DNA of 64,000 nucleotides from Octopus sinensis. Its lineage: Eukaryota. The stretch lies in NCBI RefSeq assembly GCF_006345805.1, contig NW_021835996.1:372001-436000 (forward strand), written 5' to 3'. Positions 41,115-52,856 of the stretch are shown here, piece after piece. The position numbers and the translations under genes were made by a program. The notes below the pieces were generated by a model. It was not told the DNA's origin, did not search any database, and was given only the letters and a program-made list of their open reading frames with translations. Each line of letters begins with the position of its first letter. Within the stretch, counting starts at the first letter, position 1.

Positions 41115-42667
41115 ATGGTTCAGATTGAAAAAAATACAATTTTATTTGATTTATCTAAAAATGAATCGATGTCCCCGACAAACGGACTTAACAATCTAAC
41201 TAAAAAATTGAAAAATGATCACAAAATAGAATAGTTAAGCCTCAATAATCCGTGCTCATTTTTAGTAATCATAAACTCATCACTTCGAATGTTTTAGAAA
41301 ATGTCAAGCTTTTTGTGATTTCAGGTCCAAAGGAAATGTTCACAAACGACGAAGTTTTTATAATTTTTTTCATATTTTCAGTTTGAAGCAATAACAAATT
41401 TTGTTAGCAACAATGGAAATCTTTTGATTTCACTGGGAGAAGGTGGTGAGCCTATTTTCCAGACAAACATTAATTTTTTTCTTGAAGAATATGGTGTAGT
41501 TATTAACAGCGGTTGATCTGGTAATATCAAATTTAGATTCGGTTTTAAGATTGAATTATCATAAATATTTTGATCCCAAAGAGGCTATAATATCTAATGG
41601 AATCCTTAACCGTTCACTGTGTCAACAAAACGGCAGCAATTTGAATAGAAAATTTGAAGAAGATGATAACCCCTCAAAGTTGACAATAATTATAAATAAG
41701 AAAACTATATTTAGAATGGGATTCGTATACCCCTACGGAGCTTCGCTTTCTGTGCAAAAACCATCAATAGCGTTACTTTCAACTGGATTAGTATCTCTTC
41801 CGCTCAATAGGCCGATTTGCTCGTATTATGAAAAAAATGTTGAATTAAAATAATGAAATAATTTTTGTTTAGCTAAAAGGTGGGAAAATCGTCGTTATAG
41901 GATCCTCACTTTTATTCAATGATAAATATTATTATAGTGAAGAAAACGAAAAGCTAATTGTAACAAAATATCTAAATTATATTAGAACGGTATATTTAAA
42001 ATGTTGACTGAAAGCAGCAATAATTTGAATAAAATTGATAAAGATAATTTTGAGGTATTAAATTTAAAGTACTACAACGTATAGCTAAATGATTACAACA
42101 ACATACCCAGCATGAGCCATTTTACTGAAAACATAAAATCATGTCTTCAAGACAGCGACGATTTTTTTGTTGATATTTCTAGTATTTTTGATTCAAATTT
42201 GTATTGGATCGGAACAGAAATGGTCCCATTAGTTCAAAAGTAAAATTATTTCATTTATGCAATTCCAGAACATATAAGCAATTGAAGATTGAGGATCAAC
42301 AGCTTTCTTTGATTAAACCACATTTTGAATGTCCTTTACCAAATCTACAACTCTGTGTAGATTTATATAAAAACTTAATACTTGGAAGGTTTTTGAACCA
42401 CGTTTTGGATCTCTTACATCTCCAACTCTGGAATTGTATGATTTGGACCAAGAATTTTACACCGAAAAATCCAAACTTGCGTTGATCGCTAATAAATGCT
42501 TGAATGAGTTAAATTATTGTTTAGGTTCTGACGAAGATTTGGAATATTACGTAAGAGAGTGCTCAAATGTTCTTATGAACAGTAATGAGCAACCTTTCTT
42601 CACAGACCCCAAAAAAATACTTAATTATTTCTTTAATTTGATTGTTCAATTCAAGAAAAAATTTTGA
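41115..42667 (+). CDS. IFT52: Intraflagellar transport protein 52, multi-exon
   Basis: NTILFD, ISGPKEMFT, LGEGGE..TNINFFLEEYG, YHKYFDPKEAIISNGILNR, SVQKPSIALLSTG..PLNRPI, YDLDQEF..LANKC..DLEYYVREC. Confidence 0.95.
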
Positions 42668-42750
42668 ACTTATTATTAAAACTAATTAATAGCATCACGT
42701 TTATATTAATAAAACTAGTGCTTTGTTACGTGTATCCTCCAACCAAACAA

Positions 42751-44829
42751 ATGGAACAAATAGGAAATCTATATCTACAATATTACAAAGTATCTCTATC
42801 TTATATTTATCAAGTCCCAAAACATCATAAAAGAAAATGAACTCCAGGAATTTACAGAGTGCATCAAAACTGAACTACCGACAGCTATATGGATTTGCTG
42901 TCCAAAACCGTATTAACTTTCCATAGTTTTTGTTAGTTATTTGGTTTACTATCGAGAATTTATCATCAGAACGTTGAACCGCTTTATGACAGAGAATAAT
43001 ACCCTGAAGCCCCTCAAATGGTAAATTAGAACCAGCGTGTATAAAAAGGTTTCCCGATAAAAGGGCCTTCCAATTCAATCTTTCAAGGCACGAAATTAAA
43101 AAAGACAAGCAACTTAAAGAACTCAAAGACATTCTTTTCGCAGAGATGGAAGCTGTTGTATTTTCATGTCATATGTTTAGGGGTTTATTCGCAGACAGGA
43201 GACGGTTAGCATGATTCCCCCACTTCTAATGGACATTAAACCACACCACAAGGCAAATCTTCGTATCTAATAGCAGATTTTGGATCTCTGTTCTGCTCCA
43301 GGATCAAAGACGGCCCAAATAATCAGCAGCCTGGCAGATTCTGTTGAAGGGGGATTCGTTGTTGCAAATGATAATAATCCTGACCGATGTTTTGTTATGC
43401 TCCACCAACTTTCTCCTCTAAACTCTTCGTCGTTGGCTGTCACGTGTAATGATGCACAGAGATTCCCGGATTTGCTTGTTTTTGTGCCTAAATACTTATT
43501 TTAATAGGACTCTGATGGAAAGCCGTTTTTCTTTGATAGGATTTTGGCTGATGTACCTTGCTCCAGTGATGGCACTGTTAGAAAGACTCCTGAAATACTA
43601 AAATCGTGGAAATCTACCAATGCATTTTCACTACACGTGTAAGTATAGCGATAGATAAATAAATTATACTTATTTTTAGAATAATATATTCCATTATAAT
43701 TTTATAGACTTCAAAAGAAAATTCTTTTGCGTGGGGTACAACTATTAAAAAAGGGTGGCAGAATAGTATATTCCACATGTTCTCTTAATCCTCTGGAAGA
43801 CGAAGCCGTGGTATCTGCAGTGCTCGAACAGGATGATACAGTGCAACTTGTCTCAGTACAATTGGATGACATAGGACTACTTGCTAGACCAGGGCTTGAG
43901 AATTGGAAAGTTTTTACTCAGGAGGGAGAGTGTGATAGCTGGGATAATTTACCCATAAAATTAAAAAAAGACATGTACAAAAGTTTATTTCCTTCTGAAT
44001 ATGTTGGACACCATAATCTTAATTTTTGTCGACGCGTTCTTCCTCATTTACAGGATACCGGAGGGTTTTTTTATGCTGTACTGGAAAAGATAAAAGAGAC
44101 TGATCCGGTACATTTTGCGTATAATAAAATTGATTGGTTTTTAGTAATAAATAATTCTTAGGCGAGGGGATAAGAGATCAAAAAGTTTCAAACGAATTAA
44201 TGAGCTTGAAAAAGAATACTTTCCAGTTTCTCCAACTATAAGCATGGATTTGATGTTCTATTTTATTTTTTGATTTTTTCAAGAAATTGCTACGGACTTA
44301 ATGCGATAAGTCCAAACATGTTCAGATTCCGAGGGAAGTCTTGTCGCAATATTGTTATCATCAACGAATCCTTATCGTCGCTCATGGAAGCCAACCAGAC
44401 GAGATTGAATGTACTTTAATTTTTTAACTTAAGGTTGTAAGTATGGGGGCTAAAGCTTTTAAATCAAAGGGAAATTTGACAAATGACTTTCGTTTTTTAA
44501 GTGCTTTTGCATGCAACCAGTTTTTCGTTCACATAGAATCGACGAATAGAAAACTGATTTGGATGACTATACGACATATAAAAGAGATCTTGAGTAATGA
44601 ATCTGTGTCTTTTTGCCAAATGAGTTGTGATTTGTCTGCAAGATTGAAGAATCAGAATCCTAATGACTACATTGTTTCCTGTTGTGGGGATAGCTACGAT
44701 GAAATTTCTGACTTCAAGACAATTCCTTCGTTTGTTGTGCAGATTACTGCAAATATTATAATACATATGGTCGATACCACCAGGAGACTTTCTATTCTTC
44801 GTTTTTGCGACGATTTGCTTGGAAATTAA
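42751..44829 (+). CDS. NSUN2: tRNA/RNA m5C methyltransferase NSUN2/Trm4, multi-exon
   Basis: RQETVSMIPP, ILDLCSAPGSKT, DRILADVPCSSDG (PC), YSTCSLNP (TC), RVLPHLQDTGGFF. Confidence 0.92.
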
Positions 44830-45083
44830 TCATTTGTTGATGAACTGTTGCTTTTTCTTATAATTAACTTATAATATCATATCAAAAAAGAATTGTTAGT
44901 TTATTATTACCATCATTTTAAATTATTATTATATTTTTATTTACTTTCGTTGTAGTTTTATAGGTCATTAATTTCATATTTTTTTCATAAGGTCATATTT
45001 TTTCCATAAAGTTATATTTTTTTCATTTAGTCATATAATTAAATTTATAAATTAATAATTAAGCACGCTTAAATATATTTGTT

Positions 45084-45560
45084 GTGATGGCTAAACCTAA
45101 AAAATCAAATAAAAAGAAAATATATAATATAATTGACAAATTTCCTAACGAATTCGAAGAGGATGATCACGGGAGACTTTATTGCTTAAAATGCTGTGTT
45201 CCTTTTAAATATGGAAAAAGTTTCAACGTTGAACAACATCGCCAAACGTTGAAACACAAAAAGAGATTAGAATCAGGAAAATTTAATATACAAATGAAGT
45301 TGATTTCTAAAGATGTGGTTTCCGAAGAGTCTTTCGCAATTAGCTTGGTCGAAATGATGAATAAAACAAATATTCCGTTGTTCAAATTAAGGGATGTCTA
45401 TTTTCAAACTTTTTTGAAACTTTGGGATTTAAACTGCCTAGTGAGACACATTCTAGAAATCTTGTTTCCACTATTTTTGTGAAAAAGGTTGAAAAACTTA
45501 AAGAATATTTCAAAGGGAGTCAAATATTTTTAGTAATAGACGAAACCCAACATTCTTTAA
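45084..45560 (+). mobile_element. CGGBP1-like hAT transposase 5' fragment
   Basis: C2H2 motif (LYCLKC..QHRQTLKH), NIPLFKLR, then IFLVIDET (first catalytic Asp) before truncation. Confidence 0.7.
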
Positions 45561-45849
45561 GAAATAAATAAAACAAATTCTATGAAACCCTGCCGAAAGG
45601 AAATTGTCCCTAGATTATTCTGCTGCTTGTAGCCGGTAGGAAGCTCGGTTTGGCTGGAAATTTTCCGATTCTGCATCTATCCAGTGTTAGTGGGACGAAA
45701 TCTCTTATCAGTCAACTAGCTCAGCAGTTCGCTTCGCTCACTGCGAGCTAGCTCCTGCGGAGGCCCTGCTCGCTACGCTCGCAGTTTCCTTAAATAACTA
45801 TAAATTTATGTAGATATATAAATGCGACCTGCTTTGATATAACCTTATT

Positions 45850-46660
45850 CTAAGGCCTGTGGATAAACGATGTTTGCAGTCCGTCCATCCTTGGCAAATA
45901 TAAATAAATTTCTCTTCTACCTACCCTTGAGCACCCCACATACAGCTGGCCATGTGAAAAGCACTCGTTCTCTAAAAATAAGCCTACTACCTTTAAAGAC
46001 TGTCCCTGGGCCTTGTTTATTGTCATAGCAAAACTTATCTTCAGCGGAAATTGTAGTCTCTTAAATCTATCGCAGGCCCTTTCATGGTCCATAATAACGT
46101 CGACCGATTTATATATTCTTTCTCTGCCAGGGATTTTCATTAATAAATCTAAATTTATATTAAGTACCTCATCATTAAGTGGAGCTAATATAGCTCGTTC
46201 ACGCAGCCAGTCGAAATTCACGTAGTGTTCAGATAGTTCGGAATAGACGGCATTCAATAATTCTTCTGCTGTTTCTACGAAAATACATAATTCTTCCGGT
46301 AGCCTAATTTTCTGGTCGTGCATTTCTGAAGTGATTGCCCCATTTCCAATATCTAGAAGGATTTGTGGGAATATGCTATTAACGCCTTGTAAATGTGCAT
46401 GTACATTTACATCTAAGCTTACCTTTTTCACGTGTGTCCACAAATATGACGATTTGAGGCAGGCATTCAATTCATCCGCAGGCGTCCCTCTTTGAATAAT
46501 TGGCAGCGTCTGTCTAAAATCACCTGCCAATACAACTAATGCTCCCCCAAACAAATGGTCGCTACAATTCTTGATATCTCTATATGTTCGGTCAACTGCT
46601 TGAATGCGCCTTTATGAGCCATCGTACATTCATCCCAAACAATTAACCTAGAATGCATAA
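45850..46660 (-). pseudogene. Helitron PIF1 helicase C-terminal remnant with in-frame internal deletion
   Basis: LIVWDECTMAH, FGGALVVLAGDFRQTLP, RAILAPLN, AMTINKAQGQSL, HGQLYVGCSRV; the segment between SVD and FKRLQFP that copy 1 partly retains is missing. Confidence 0.92.
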
Positions 46661-47367
46661 TTCTATTACCCGTAGTTGAGTCTAACAGCAGTCCTGACCT
46701 TGTTCAGCTGTTGTCTAAGTTCCCTCACCATTTAAGCACATCTTCCCTCGTTTCTCTTTTTTTGTTATATGGTTCATATTCTCTTGTTTGTTAACATTCT
46801 CAGATCTCTCTTTATAGGACATTCTTATGATTTTGTAAACGCGAATCAGTAATTTATATTAAATTTTCTACGTAAATTTATTTAGTGAAATTTATGTAAA
46901 GTGTATTATCCAATCAAAGCCATTATACTTAATTGCCTCTATGTTTAAAGGAATTGAAACTTTAGCATAATCGAACTTGTCTGTTTCGGTAAAGAAAATG
47001 ATAATCAGCTTCATCTTTGTAGTATTATAAGGAAAAAAATTAAAGCCTGTTAAATCAAGGAGATTTAAATATAGGCAAATTGAAATTTACATGACTAATT
47101 TAAATTTTATTTGCCTCTATCTTTTAAGAAATCTAAACAGTAGCATAATCGAATTTGTCAGTTTCGGCAGTTAAAAAGAATCAATTATGTAAATCTCTAA
47201 TAATTTTTGCTTTTTCCTTTTTAGTGGTTTTCAAAATCTGATAATTGCACAGTCTATTCATGGTCGATAACAATTAGAGCTTTTATTTTATTTTTTTAAC
47301 GAAAATTTAACAAAAAAGAATTTATGTCATCGAAAAAAGATAGCTAAGCTAATTAATGGCCTCACGA

Positions 47368-48525
47368 GGCTTGAAGGTTGTGGAGGACCTCATCATGTGA
47401 GTCGAGGACTTTCTTGTCGTTCATTTTAACAAAAACGCAGAAAATAATTTTTTTAATTTTTTGGCTTGAAGGTTTTGGGGGACCACATCATGTGAGTCGA
47501 GGACTTCTTGTTGTTCATTTTAACAAAAACGCAGAAAATAATTTTTTTTAATTTTTTGGCTTGAAGGTTTTGAGGGACCACATCATGTGAGTCGAGGACT
47601 TTCTTGTTGTTCATTTTAACAAAAACGCAGAAAATAATTTTTTTAATTTTTTGGCTTGAAGGTTTTGAGGGACCACATCATGTGAGTCGAGGACTTTCTT
47701 GTTGTTCATTTTAACAAAAACGCAGAAAATAATTTTTTATAATTTTTTGGCTTGAAGGTTTTGGGGGACCACATCATGTGAGTCGAGGACTTTCTTGTTG
47801 TTTATTTTAACAAAAACGCAGAAAATAATTTTTTTAATTTTTTGGCTTGAAAGTTTTGGGGGACCACATCATGTGAGTCGAGGACTTCTTGTTGTTCATT
47901 TTAACAAAAACGCAGAAAATAATTTTTTTAATTTTTTACCTTGAAGGTTTTGGGGGACCACATCATGTGAGTCGAGGACTTCTTGTTGTTCATTTTAACA
48001 AAAACGCAGAAAATAATTTTTTTAATTTTTTACCTTGAAGGTTTTGGGGGACCACATCATGTGAGTCGAGGACTTTCTTGTTGTTCATTTTAACAAAAAC
48101 GCAGAAAATAATTTTTTTAATTTTTTAGCTTGAAGGTTTTGGGGGACCACATCATGTGAGTCGAGGACTTTCTTGTTGTTCATTTTAACAAAAACGCAGA
48201 AAATAATTTTTTTAATTTTTTGGCTTGAAGGTTTTGGGGGACCACATCATGTGAGTCGAGGACTTTCTTGTTGTTCATTTTAACAAAAACGCAGAAAATA
48301 ATTTTTTTAATTTTTTAGCTTGAAGGTTTTGGGGGACCACATCATGTGAGTCGAGGACTTTCTTGTTGTTCATTTTAACAAAAACGCAGAAAATAATTTT
48401 TTTAATTTTTTGGCTTGAAGGTTTTGGGGGACCACATCATGTGAGTCGAGGACTTTCTTGTTGTTCATTTTAACAAAAACGCAGAAAATTGACTTGAAGG
48501 TTTTGGGGGACCTCATCGTCGAGGA
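47368..48525. repeat. Tandem satellite, ~95-bp unit, 12 copies + partial
   Basis: CATCATGTGAGTCGAGGAC starts at 47391, 47486, 47581, 47676, 47772, 47867, 47961, 48055, 48150, 48245, 48340 and 48435. Confidence 0.97.
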
Positions 48526-48664
48526 TATTCTTTCTTATTAAAATTTTTTGACAGGAAGGTTCTTAGAGGATATCAACCTTTTATTGTGCCTCATTATCGA
48601 ATAACTACAAAAGGGAAGGTTTTGACAATTTGATCTGGTTTGTAACAATTTGAATGTGGGTGTG

Positions 48665-48713
48665 CACAGACAGACAGACAGACAGACACACAGACAGACA
48701 GACAGACACACAC
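48665..48713. repeat. (GACA)n/(CTGT)n microsatellite at Helitron 5' end
   Basis: Direct reading; same position relative to the TC terminus as in copy 1. Confidence 0.95.
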
Positions 48714-48989
48714 CATACCATTTTATTATTAAGATATACGAAGACTTGGAGCAGAGACACATGACTTCGTTTGGATTAGTTAATTTTTTGGTAATCTGTT
48801 CTCTTTCTGTCTTGATCATTCTATAATTACAAAAAAGTGTAGCCGGTTTGAGCGAGATGTCGTTTACATCTTACGGCAGGGCTATTTACGATTTTTTTAC
48901 ATGAAAAAAAATAAAATGAAACTATACTTGAAAACAGTATATTCAACATTTTAAAAGGGCATTTAAAGAACTAATCCCATGTCCTCGAT

Positions 48990-49430
48990 TTATACTAGTA
49001 GAGTCTATCGACTAAAAATGATAACGAATTCAATATACAAGAAATGATCATCGCAGCCTGGGTAAGAAAGAAGTTCACTCATGTGACGTCCCAGACCAAA
49101 CACTTTCCTTTTAAAGAAAAAGGGTCGTCATCTCTTCGGGCCTTCGCCACTCTCTGAAAAGATCCCTGTAGGTTCCAGTTAAGAGTAGAATTCATCAATA
49201 CGGAGTGATCGATGGATGACCTGCTTTATTTCTGTGTGTCTCAAAGAGCGGCCAATTCCGTTACAACATGACCCTGGGTGGTAGCCGAGCTCGTCGGTCT
49301 GTGCGCCGCATCGGGATTGGTGGTTGACAGATCTCACAAGTTCATCGTCCAGAAAGAAGCCAGTTGTCACATAAAAGTAAGAATTGCTCAATGGATGGTT
49401 ACCCATACGTAAGCCGGCAAGCTGGCCTTA
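48990..49430 (-). mobile_element. CRE-like RLE non-LTR retrotransposon 3' fragment
   Basis: SRCGAQTDELGYHPGSC..GRSLRHTEIKQVIHRSL zinc knuckle and GKCLVWDVT endonuclease motif. Confidence 0.65.
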
Positions 49431-49438
49431 GTCTATGC

Positions 49439-51591
49439 CAGACGTCACCAAACTACGGCCCGCGGGCCGGATCCGGCCCGCGACAACATTTTATCCGGCC
49501 CGCGCACTATTTCGAGATATTCAATTAATACCTTAATAATTAACTTAAATAAAACTATTTTGCAAGATTTAATTCGAAAAAAAACTTATCAGCATTAACG
49601 TTAAATTTTTCTTTGTTGCTATGTCTAATATGAAAAGAAAGGTTGACCGCGAATGCCGTGTATTCAATAAATTATGGGAATTGAAGTATTTTTTTGCGAA
49701 AGATGAATTAAAGCAGAAAGCTTATTGTTTAATATGCCACGAACATCTCTCTGTTATGAAGGAGTATAACATTCGACGTCATTATGAAACGAATCATGCT
49801 CCGATATATTCCAAGTACACTGGAAAGCTACGTGAGGATAAAGTTGAATCACTGAAACGCACTTTACAAATTCAACAAGGCCTTATAAAAAAAAATTTTG
49901 AAAATAATGAAAATGTAACAAGAGCTGGATACGAGATAACGAAAATTATTTCACAACACGGGAAACCCTTTAGTGATGGGATGTATATCAAAAATTGCAT
50001 TATTGAAGCAGTTAATTGTTTGTGCCCACTAAATTCTTCCTTATTTGATGGAATAAGTTTGTCGGCGAGTTCTGTATCACGGAGAACTGAAGAGCTTGGA
50101 AAAAATATATATTTACAAATTTGTGAAAAGACAAGTAATATGTTGTGGTATTCTCTTGCATTGGATGAGTCAGTTGACATTTCGGGAACATCGCAACTTC
50201 TTATTTTTATTCGTGGAGTTGATGAGAATATTTCCATAACTGAAGAACTGGCATCTGTTTGTTCTATTCATGGAACAACCACTGGAAAAGATATTTTTGA
50301 TGAATTGGAACAAACTATAAGTGACTATAACCTTGAATGGGAGAAACTGAGTTGTGTTACGATTGACGGGGCAAAGAATATGGCTGGTTCTAAAAAGGGT
50401 CTAGTTGGGCAAATAACTAATAAATTGGAGGAATTACATATTTCAAACACTTTGTTCATTCATTGCATCCTTCATCAGCACGCACTATGTGCGAAGGCTC
50501 TTAATATTTCATGTGTGTTGAATCCAGTTATTCGCATAATAAACTTTGTTCGAGGGAGCTCACTTAATCACCGTCAGTTTAAAGTTTTACTTGACGATTT
50601 TGGATCTGAATATTTTGACTTACCATATTACACTGCAGTTAGATGGCTTAGCTGTGGTAATGTATTAAATAGATTTTATAAACTCCGAAGTGAGATTGAT
50701 ATTTTTCTAACCAGTAAAAATAACTATTATCCCGAATTATCAGATCTTGCTTGGCTATCAAAATTATCATTTTTGGTTGATGTTACAACTCACATGAATG
50801 AGCTAAATCTGAAATTACAAGGAAAGGAAAACTTAATTTGTGATTTCTACAGGATAATTAAAGCATTTCGACAAAAATTGATGTTATTCGAGTCACAACT
50901 TGGAGTACGTCAGTTTTCACACTTTTCTTGTTTTAAAAGTTTTTGTGAGGCAAACTGTAATGAGATCGACATTACTTTCCAAATTGGAATTATCAAAGAA
51001 TTAAAACATCATTTTTTACATAAGTTTTCTGAACTTGACAAAATTGAAAGCGATATAATTTTGTTCGAAAATCCATTTTCTTGTAATGTTGAAAATGTTC
51101 AACATGAATTACAATTAGAAGTTATTGACTTACAATCAAATGAACAGCTCAAAGATTGTCACAGACGGACCAAACTCGCTGAGTTCTACGAATATCTCAA
51201 GGATGATGAGTTTCCGAGACTAAAGAATTTTGCGATAAAGATGATTTCTATATTGGCACAACTTACCAATGTGAGCAAACGTTTTCGAGGATGAAATATG
51301 TTAAGTCTGCCCATCGTGCAAGATTGACTGACGGACACTTAAAATCAATTCTCATGATAGGATGCAGCAATTTAAAACCAAATATTGATGAACTTATCAA
51401 AAAAAGATCACAGTTCCATAGCTCTCATTAAAATTTTTGTTTACTTTATTTTTGTTTAAATTAGTTTTTATTGTAAAAAAACACACTTATGAATTTCTAG
51501 TAAAATTATAATCCTATGCACGTGCTCCGGCCCGCGTTCATTGTGTTGGGGTCAATCCGGCCCGCGAGTGCAAAAAGTTTGGTGACCCCTG
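49439..51591 (+). mobile_element. Near full-length Buster-type hAT transposon (2153 bp)
   Basis: 16-bp TIR CAG(AC/GG)GTCACCAAACT; 8-bp TSD GTCTATGC (49431-49438, 51592-51599); subterminal GGCCCGC repeats. Confidence 0.96.
49621..51431 (+). CDS. hAT (GTF2IRD2/SPIN-like) transposase with a single 1-nt frameshift near the C-terminus
   Basis: 557-aa ORF with zinc finger, SLALDES, TIDGAKNM, CILHQH, WLSCG; adding one base near 51254 continues into GTTYQCEQTFSRMKYVKS..SSH* at 51431. Confidence 0.92.
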
Positions 51592-51999
51592 GTCTATGCG
51601 GTTGTTCAAAATGAATTGAAACTTAGGAAATATTTAAAATAATAAATAACTCAGTTATAAACTAATTAAAAATATGTGTATATCGAAGTCAGTCTTTAGG
51701 TAATTTTTTTAGTTGAGTACTTGCATGGCGGAATAAAGTACGTACAAAAAAAGAAGTCTACCACATAATTACATTGCTGCACCTAAAACTAAAAAAGCTA
51801 GGTGTGGGTACCAATAAGGTACAGTATTTTGTTTTAGATTAGTATATTCCAACGACATAACTTCAGTACTAAAAATCATGTTTGTGAACGCAAGGACGAC
51901 ACTACGATTTGGCTGAGAAGGTAAACAGTGCTTTCCTGACTTAATCGTCATTAGCGAGTTGAAGCTTAGGAAACATAAATTTCTTGATATATGTGGAAA

Positions 52000-52830
52000 C
52001 TGATTTTTGGATATCAAATATACCGATAATTATATTTTTAAACTTACTAAACTATACAGTATCTCGCAAAATGGTTTTTGTGTTTTGAGATAAAAAACAG
52101 AACCTGGCTTTCTTGTGATCTTTTTGTTCATACCCCTCAATCATTTCAAATCTGTCCACAACAGCCTCAAGATCTATGGAATAATCACGGAAAAGACATA
52201 AGATCTATGGCATAATTCAGGGATGTTCGAACAAATTGTTTCTAAACGGTTAGTCAATTTTGGTTTGCTTGACCAACGATTGACCCGATATGACTTTAAA
52301 GCGTTTAGTTTACGTTTGACTTTACTACATGTGAAATCAATGTGCTCGGAAAGGAATTGGTCAAAGATGACCACCAAAATTCAGTGGGGTTTGAGGAATG
52401 GTAGTTTTTCGTTGTGTTTATATAAATCAGGGCTGATGTTGAACTGTCGTCGGTCGGCTGTGAATAAAGTCACAAATGATTTTAACGGAGAAGGCATCAT
52501 GTGGTTAAGTCCTAGCCAATTGGTGAGACAGTCCAGGTATGTTTAGAGCCTGACTGTGGCTTAGTTGATTTCCCGATGTTTTGAGGCAATCAAAATGTCG
52601 TCTGCGTAATTTTTGTTCGCGCATTTTGTACAACTGAGTTTTCTTGATAGGACGCTGGTTAGTCATATTTTGTTTTTATCGGGAATGTTCGATTCACAAA
52701 TTTTTGTGCCAGTGGCATGACGCGATCTTCGGTCAAATGCCTTACTGATGTACACTAATGCCAGGATGGCTTCTTGGAGTGGAGTTGTTAAATCCGTCTG
52801 GTTTCCCAAATAATGTACACCATCGACGTA
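52000..52830 (-). mobile_element. Decayed Jockey/I-like LINE RT remnant
   Basis: ISKAFDR and NYADDILI motifs on the minus strand; multiple stops. Confidence 0.7.
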
Positions 52831-52856
52831 TATTTATTTGTAATGAGGAAGAATAA

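Larger units (their letters stand above)
45716..48734 (-). mobile_element. Non-autonomous Helitron copy 2 (3019 bp)
   Basis: Same termini as copy 1: A|TCTTAATAATAAAATGG ... GAGCTAG|T; PIF1 remnant, ~95-bp satellite, (CTGT)n. Confidence 0.92.

Noticed and set aside
49872-50237. Antisense and alternate-frame ORFs over real genes (also 1688-1951, 13333-13611, 53097-53303 and others)
   Set aside because: Shadow frames of conserved genes with no independent motif.
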